Of a DNA stretch of 64,000 nucleotides, positions 57,510-64,000 are shown piece by piece. Under the pieces are notes generated by a model. It had not been told where the DNA came from, searched no databases, and saw only the letters and a list, made by a program, of their open reading frames with translations. A program made the translations under genes and the position numbers. The number at the start of each line of letters is the position of its first letter. The first letter of the stretch is position 1. This DNA comes from the human T2T-CHM13v2.0 reference genome, Homo sapiens. The DNA is taken from NCBI RefSeq assembly GCF_009914755.1, contig NC_060925.1. One strand, 5' to 3'.

Positions 57510-57765
57510 GCAGTGCCTGTAATGGCTAAGAGCACAAACTCTGGAGCCAGGCTGCCTAAGTTTGGGACCCCACCACTCTCCAGCTCTGTGACCTTGGGCA
57601 AGTTACCAACGTGCTCTGTTTCTCAGCATTCTCCTTCATGAAATGAGCACAATAATAGTACCTATAGCAGATAGTTATGGTAAGGATTGAGTTATTATAT
57701 GTGACAACTTAACTCAGAGCATGGCATAGTAAACAGTATGTAAGTATTGGCTATTATCATTATTT
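57510..57765 (+). mobile_element. MIR (near full length)
   Basis: 'ggctaagagcacaaactctggagccaggctgcct...gtgaccttgggcaagtta...aataatagtacct'. Confidence 0.88.
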
Positions 57766-58974
57766 GCTTCAATCAACTGGTTGATCAGTGGAAAAGAGAA
57801 GCATTTTCCCTGGCTCTTCTGCATTCGGATTGAGGAAGGATTGAAAAACTCAGTATGGACCTCTTTTCACCCTTTATAATAATTTGCATATAAGACCAAA
57901 AAAAGTCTGTATTATGTTTCGAGTCTCTAGTTTTTGAGGACATCACCACTCCATCCAGGTCCACATGGCTATTAGAACTCCAACCAGGCCCAGGACTGCG
58001 ATTGCTCCCTCACATGTTGTGGACTGCCAGCTCTGCTCTCAGGGGCTCTCTCATGTCATCTCTGTCTAGCTCAGCATTCTTGAATCCATCCTGCCAAACC
58101 AGAAATCAACACTCAGTTTTTTAGGCACTGGATGGATCAGAGGATGGCAAAAGACACAGGTCCATTCTAAAGCTTCATATTCACTATAGAGATTTGTGTT
58201 TCCTTCTTAAATTGTGCATCCTCCTGGGACATGGAAAGCCGGCTCCTCTGTCTGGCACAAAGGTCCAGGATTAGGTGCAGCTGATTTACTGCAGCTCACC
58301 CACCTGGGACAGGCTGAATCTATCATCTCACTGCCAACCTCTCACAGACTTCCAAGAAGTTCACAGCACAACATACCTGCCCACTTCTTAGTCATTCAAG
58401 TGGGTGGAAGAAGGCTGATTGAGGGCTGGAAGGACAGCATGGAACAGGCCCTCCATTGCCTGGCAACACTCAGAAGCCAGAGCTAGGGAACCCAAGAGGA
58501 GGCAGCTCCAGGGCTGGAATGGCTCTGTCTTGGTTCTACCAGGGACATGCAAAAGCAGGGGCAGTAACCTGTCCTCCACTTCCCATGCCTGACCTGGGGC
58601 TTAGGGTTGCCACAGTATGTCGCACCAGTAGGTAAAATGGTTGTGGGAAGCACTGAATGGCAGAAGAGGCAAGGGTGGAGAGAAGGGAGGAATAAAAAGG
58701 GAAGCCAGAGAGATGAAAGAGCCCTTGGGAGAAAAGAGCTCCTGGTGCCAAAAGGCAGCAAGCTGCTTTGATCTTCAGGCAGAAGAAGAACGTCACCTGA
58801 TTCTTAATGTTTACGGATCTTTGCAAACCGAAGAAGAATTGGGAATGTGGAAAGACAGTGCTCTCTCTCAGGAATGTGACTGCAACCTCTTCTTTTACTA
58901 AAGAAATGGGTTTGCGCAAGTTGCTTAACTGTGTTGAGCCACAATTTCTCCACTCGAAAAACAGAATAATCATA

Positions 58975-59460
58975 CATATCAGTATAAGATATACTGCATT
59001 AGCTTAAACAAGACAGAGGTTTATTATCTTCTCATGTAAAAAAAAAATTGACAGATTGTTCCAAGCTGCTACGACAGCTCCACAGTCATTTGGAGACTCC
59101 AGGATCTTTCTTGTTTTCTGTTTTACCGTCCTTGACACATGGCTTTCAACTTCAAGTACACCTCATAATCCAAGACGGCTGCCACAGCACCAACCACCAT
59201 GTCTGAATTCTAGACAGGAATTAGAAGGAAGAAGGGATGGGGGAAAAGGGCATACTCTTAGGTGAGTCAGCCTCCTTGAAGAATTTTCCTAGGACTTCCT
59301 TTCAACCTCAACAACTCTCGCTTACATTACAATGACCATTTCTCTCTGTGAGGAAGGTTGGGAAATGTTTTAGTTTTGCACATTGCCACCTGGAATAAAA
59401 TGGGGAGTCTTAGAAACAAAGTAGATGAGAATAGATATTGGGTAGGTAGTCTATGCTCCA
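58975..59460 (-). mobile_element. MLT1J/K-like LTR
   Basis: 'gcttaaacaagacagaggtttatt..ctcatgtaa', 'ggttgggaaatgtttt...gatattgggtaggtag'. Confidence 0.7.
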
Positions 59461-60149
59461 AAACTTTGGAGAGTTGTTAAAGAATGATAGGAGATAATGC
59501 ATGCCAAAATGCACTTTGTAAACTCAAAAGGGCTTTGTGGCTGTTCTCATTCTCCCATACAACAATCCTCTCAAGTGGAAACTGAGGTGTAGAAAGACAC
59601 TCAAGGTCAGTAGCCATTAAATAGAGATCCAGGATTTCACCTTATGCCTGTGTATGTCTTCCCCATCTTTCAATAGCAGAGATAAAGAGTGGATAAAAAT
59701 AAAGGCTTTTTTTTAGGAGGTCTGTTGGGGGGATGCTACAGTCAAATGCATGTGGCCAACTTCCCACCCTGCTGAGTGGAAATATGGGGGTGTGGGGATT
59801 CTCTTCAGAGCTGAGAGCCTGAACTACTGTCCACTGAGTGTGGAGCACAGCAGCCTCAGTTATCTTCAGTCTCATGAACTCTGGTAGTGCTGTCTTCTTT
59901 GAGATTATAAATGCTTTTAATTTTGCTTTTTACCAAGGACCTTGGGACCCAAGACCTTCAGGCATGAGTGCCTATAAATTGCACCTTATTACATTATTAA
60001 TTATCATGTTATCTGGGGTCAAATAACTGACTAATGCTTTGGCAAGCAATGCTGTGAAATAGAAATCTTCCCTTTTTCTTTCCTCCCCATCCCTCCCCAG
60101 CTCACAGAGGGAAGTCAGAGGTTCTACACCTGAATGTGTTTCAACTATT

Positions 60150-60416
60150 TATTTTAGGATCTCACCCTTTCACCCAGGTTGGAGTGTAGTGGCATCATCA
60201 TGCCTCACTGTAGCCTCCAACTCCTGGACTCCAGTGATCCTCCCACATCAGCTTCCACAGGCACATGCCACCACCCCTGGCTAATTTTTAAATATTTTGT
60301 AGAGACAGGGTCTCACGATGTTGCCCTGGCTGATCTCAAACCCTGGCCTCAAGTGATCCTCCTGTCTTGGCCTCCTAAAGTATTGGGATTACAGGCATGA
60401 GCCACTGTACCCAGCC
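60150..60416 (-). mobile_element. AluJ (degraded)
   Basis: Dimer with small deletions. Confidence 0.88.
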
Positions 60417-63400
60417 CGAATTCTTTAAAAGAATTGCCCGTGACCATGAAGAGGCTGCTGTCCTGAAGATTTGGGAAACACTGATGCATCATGAGGCAGA
60501 AATTAACCCACTGAAAACAAAATGATGGAAACAGATATCCTGCCATGTCTGAAATCCAAGATGAGGCATTGGAAGGGGTAGTGGAGCCATGAGGGAATGA
60601 ACTAGGCTGAAGTCAATGTGACTGAGGAGAAGTAAGAGAATGGGTGTTATTTTTGTGGGAACAAAAGTGCCCCCTTGGAAGAGCTACTGCTGGAACTTGA
60701 GGGGTGGGAGCATCTAGGAAACAGAAAGCAGGCATTTGGGGCTGAAATACAGGATTTTCCCAGAGGGTAGGCAGAAAGTACCTTGGACTCCTCAAGAACC
60801 CTGAAAGGCAGCCCTGCTGGCCTGGAGAATAAACCGTGGAGGTTTACAGAGGGACATCAGACAGGTCTGAGATGGGCCAACCTGGAGACAACAACGCTGC
60901 ATACCTGCCTTTTGCTAGGAATTTAGCTGTGACCTGTTTTCCAAGGCTCCCTGACCCATCATCATTTCCTGCTTTGCATATAGCTGCCTCAGAGGATAGC
61001 ACTTGGGGTCCCTCAATCCAGAAGAGGAGCTTGAGAATAAGGTGGTGGTCTAGGGGCCTGCTCTACAGAAGGGAACCTCTCTGCTTCTGGGTTCCCCCAG
61101 TGAATGGAACCTCTAGCTAGTGCAGGGACACTCTGGTTCAAGACTATTCTAGGTTTCTCATGGGCTTTTATGATGTTCCAGGACAGTGGAATTTTAGGAG
61201 GTGGCTGCTGGTGAGTGGTAGATCTCTAAGGATCTGTGACTGTCTTAAGCTGCAGCATCCCCACCGTTCCCCCACCATCTGAAGAGTGGTCAGACATGCC
61301 AAGGCAGCGAGAGTCCTGCTGGGCTCTTCACATGGGAAGCAAACCCTGGGCATCTTCCTTGCTACATCTACTCAGTGAGCAAAATCCCTACCTGAAGAAT
61401 TGCTATGAGGATTAAAGAACATTCTTAAAACCCTTCACACACTGCCTGACACAAAATAGCTGCTTAGCAGATGTTAACTGTGTATATCGCACTCAGCCCC
61501 TCCCGCAAGTGCTGTAAACGAGGGCCTGGCTTTGGAGGCAGGTGGAGGCAGGTAGTGGCTCTGAGGAGGAGGGGTCTCAGGTACTAAGATGGTGGCTCCA
61601 GGGACTGGGGGCTCTCAGAGTGAAGGGCCGGCTCCTCTGTCTTTCCAACTTGGAGTTAGAGCCGCCAGCAGGCAAGCAATAAAGGGTTTGAACTGGGTCA
61701 AATCCAGATTTGGTCCAATCTCTGGCATGTACTAGTTAGATATTCTCGGGCAAACTGTTTAACTTCACTGAGCCTTTGCCACCTTAGCTATAAAATGGGA
61801 TTCCTGATGCCTTCCTCCAGGAGGCTAGCTGTCCCAGGAAACCCAGCCATGGCGCAGGCAGTCAGAGAGCCTGAGCCAGCACACACAGCCCCACGGCCCC
61901 CAGGAGGTTAGCTCCCATCGGCTCAGCCAGAGAGAGGACAAAGCTGGAGCAGCGGAGAAGTTTCTCTTCCCTGGGTGTGGATGAGCATGCAGGAAAACTG
62001 CCAACATGACACCATGTGCTGTGGGCTTCTCACCCTGATTTCAAGAAACACAGCCATCATCATTGTACGTGAGCTCACTGGCTTCACAGTTCTATTTGGA
62101 CAAAGAAAGAAACAGGAAAGAAACTCAGGTCTAGAGAAAGATGGACAGATAAGGAATCATAGGCTTGGAAAGAGTGAGGACCTGGGGTTCTCTGAGACAA
62201 AACCCAGTACAAATCCAGACTCAGCCTGTGGCTTGTTCCACCTTTCCCTCTCATACATGTGTGCACATGAATACCTACAGAGACATCACCTAAAACAAGC
62301 AGAACGCACACTTTTAAAACTGTCAGAAACTTGCACTTGAAGTTGATGGAAAGCAAGCTCCCTTTATATGAGAACTGAAGACTTGGTATCTTTCCTGGTG
62401 TATCTTACGGTGGGGAAAAAAATTCCTACTTATCAAATTGCTGTAAGGATCAAATTGCCTACAAATCCTTCTCATAGTGCCTGATGCAGAATGGCTGCTT
62501 AACAGACGTTAACTGTATATTACTGCATTGAGACCCCTCTCAAACCTGCCCATATACAACCATGCACTGCCCAACTCCAGAAAACATTGTTTCCTCCTGG
62601 GTTTGGGCAATGCGCATCCTGCACCACCATATGTGAGAGGCCTGCTGAGAGTCTGCGCCTTATTTGGGACAGACACAAACTACTCCAGGGTATCCCTTAT
62701 GACTTTGACTCTCAGCTGACTTTCCTATCTTTTCACTTGTTCTTTCCCCCTTGAAGTTACCCCAATGACAGGGAGCCTAAGTGGTGTAGCCAGCTAGGAA
62801 GGCAGTGTGGACAAAACTGAGGACCGTCTGCTGCCTTTCCTCTGTGACAAAGTTTACCTAAATCTTTGGTGTCATCATTTTTTAGGACCAGTGGCTTGAT
62901 TTCTGCCCCTGGCCCTGGGTCTGGGCTCTCCAGCATGGGTGCTTGGGGGTCTGGGCGGGCTAAAAAGTGGCCATCAGGTAGAAAAAGGATGTTAAGGGAT
63001 CACAGGTTCTTTACTCTCAGCAAAGCCTGAGCAAAAAAAGATGGGGAGGCTGCTGTTGCTATTTTGATTTAAGTGTTGTTGAATCTCAATCCCCAAGTCA
63101 TTCTATTGGATGAGCCTGCAAGGCAGGACACAGCCTAGTTCTCAAGGCCGCTCCAGCTCCCAATGCACTAATGACACTTGACAGACACCAAATCCTTGTA
63201 ATTTCCAAACAAAACCTTGCTGCTCCAATCCTCGGGCTCCCGGGAAACACTCCATCACCTCCCAGGCTTTGCTCAGCTGGTCCTCACTGATTGCCAACAA
63301 TCCCCAGCTGAACGCGGTCCTGCCCTCCAGCCCCTCCTCCCCTCCTAACCCTTCCCTGCCTGCTTTCTCTTCCCTGCTTCAGCTGGGGAGACTGAGGGAG

Positions 63401-63739
63401 GCTCCCAGAGCCCTCTGAGAAGCTGGTCAGACAGTATACGGCAGTCCCTGATTTATGCTGCTTAAAATCACATCACCTGTTCCACAGAGCTTCATCCAGT
63501 GGCTCCAATTATGCCAACTGGTGACAGGGCTGGCACATACGGATCCACCTTTTTAATTTTACTGAGTTCCTGGGCTGCTTCAAATAATGTCAGCCAAACA
63601 GCAAAAAAACTGGCAGCTTTTCACTCAAAAAGGTCCTTACACAAGACATAAGATAAAACAAACTCACAAACAGATTTGAAACCTCTTTGCTCTGCTTCAG
63701 TTCTCTTTCCTAAAATAGAGTTGTGGGTTTTTTTTTTTA

Positions 63740-63870
63740 ATTGTATGGTTATTATCATTATTTTAATTATGGAATAATTCAGTCATACCAAAAGAAAGAA
63801 CATATAATATAATGAACAACTGTGTATCTACCACCCAACTTAAAAAATGAAATATTACCAAATGTGTTGA
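63740..63870 (-). mobile_element. Old L1 3' fragment
   Basis: 'ataatataatgaacaactgtgtatctaccacccaacttaaaaaatgaaatattacca'. Confidence 0.6.
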
Positions 63871-63948
63871 AAACTAACAATGTAAGCCAATTCCATTTTC
63901 TTTTCTTCTACCCCACTTGTAAGTGTGTGTGTGTGTTGAGGGGGTGTG

Positions 63949-64000
63949 TTTAGAGACACGGTGTCACTCTGTTGCTCAGGCTGGAGTGCAGTGGCACCAT
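63949..64000 (-). mobile_element. Alu 3' end (cut by the window edge)
   Basis: tttagagacacggtgtcactctgttgctcaggctggagtgcagtggc. Confidence 0.9.

Overview
Repeat-dense non-coding DNA from human or another catarrhine primate (intergenic or deep intronic). I see no CpG island, no credible protein-coding exon, and no RNA gene, CRISPR array or prokaryotic-type system. The listed ORFs are chance or repeat-derived (L1 ORF2, Alu, low-complexity). The window holds about 22 Alu/FLAM/FAM SINEs, L1, L2 and MIR fragments, many solo LTRs (MaLR, MER4, MER31, MER34/39, MER21 and others) and hAT DNA-transposon relics. The main hidden structure is a degenerate, ancient gamma-like (ERV1) provirus on the minus strand at about 8037-13900. 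By manual translation it retains gag capsid/MHR, a zinc-knuckle remnant, integrase, env TM (ISD + CX6CC), a PPT and a 3' LTR, but it lacks the whole protease-RT-RNaseH block. Other points of note: three short non-tandem local duplications (offsets 1.0-1.65 kb), an AluY with a Ya5-like patch, twin same-family solo LTRs, a 0.5-kb pure-purine tract and a few candidate regulatory motifs. Subfamily names come from recalled consensus sequences and need RepeatMasker/Dfam confirmation. Boundaries without TSD support are approximate.
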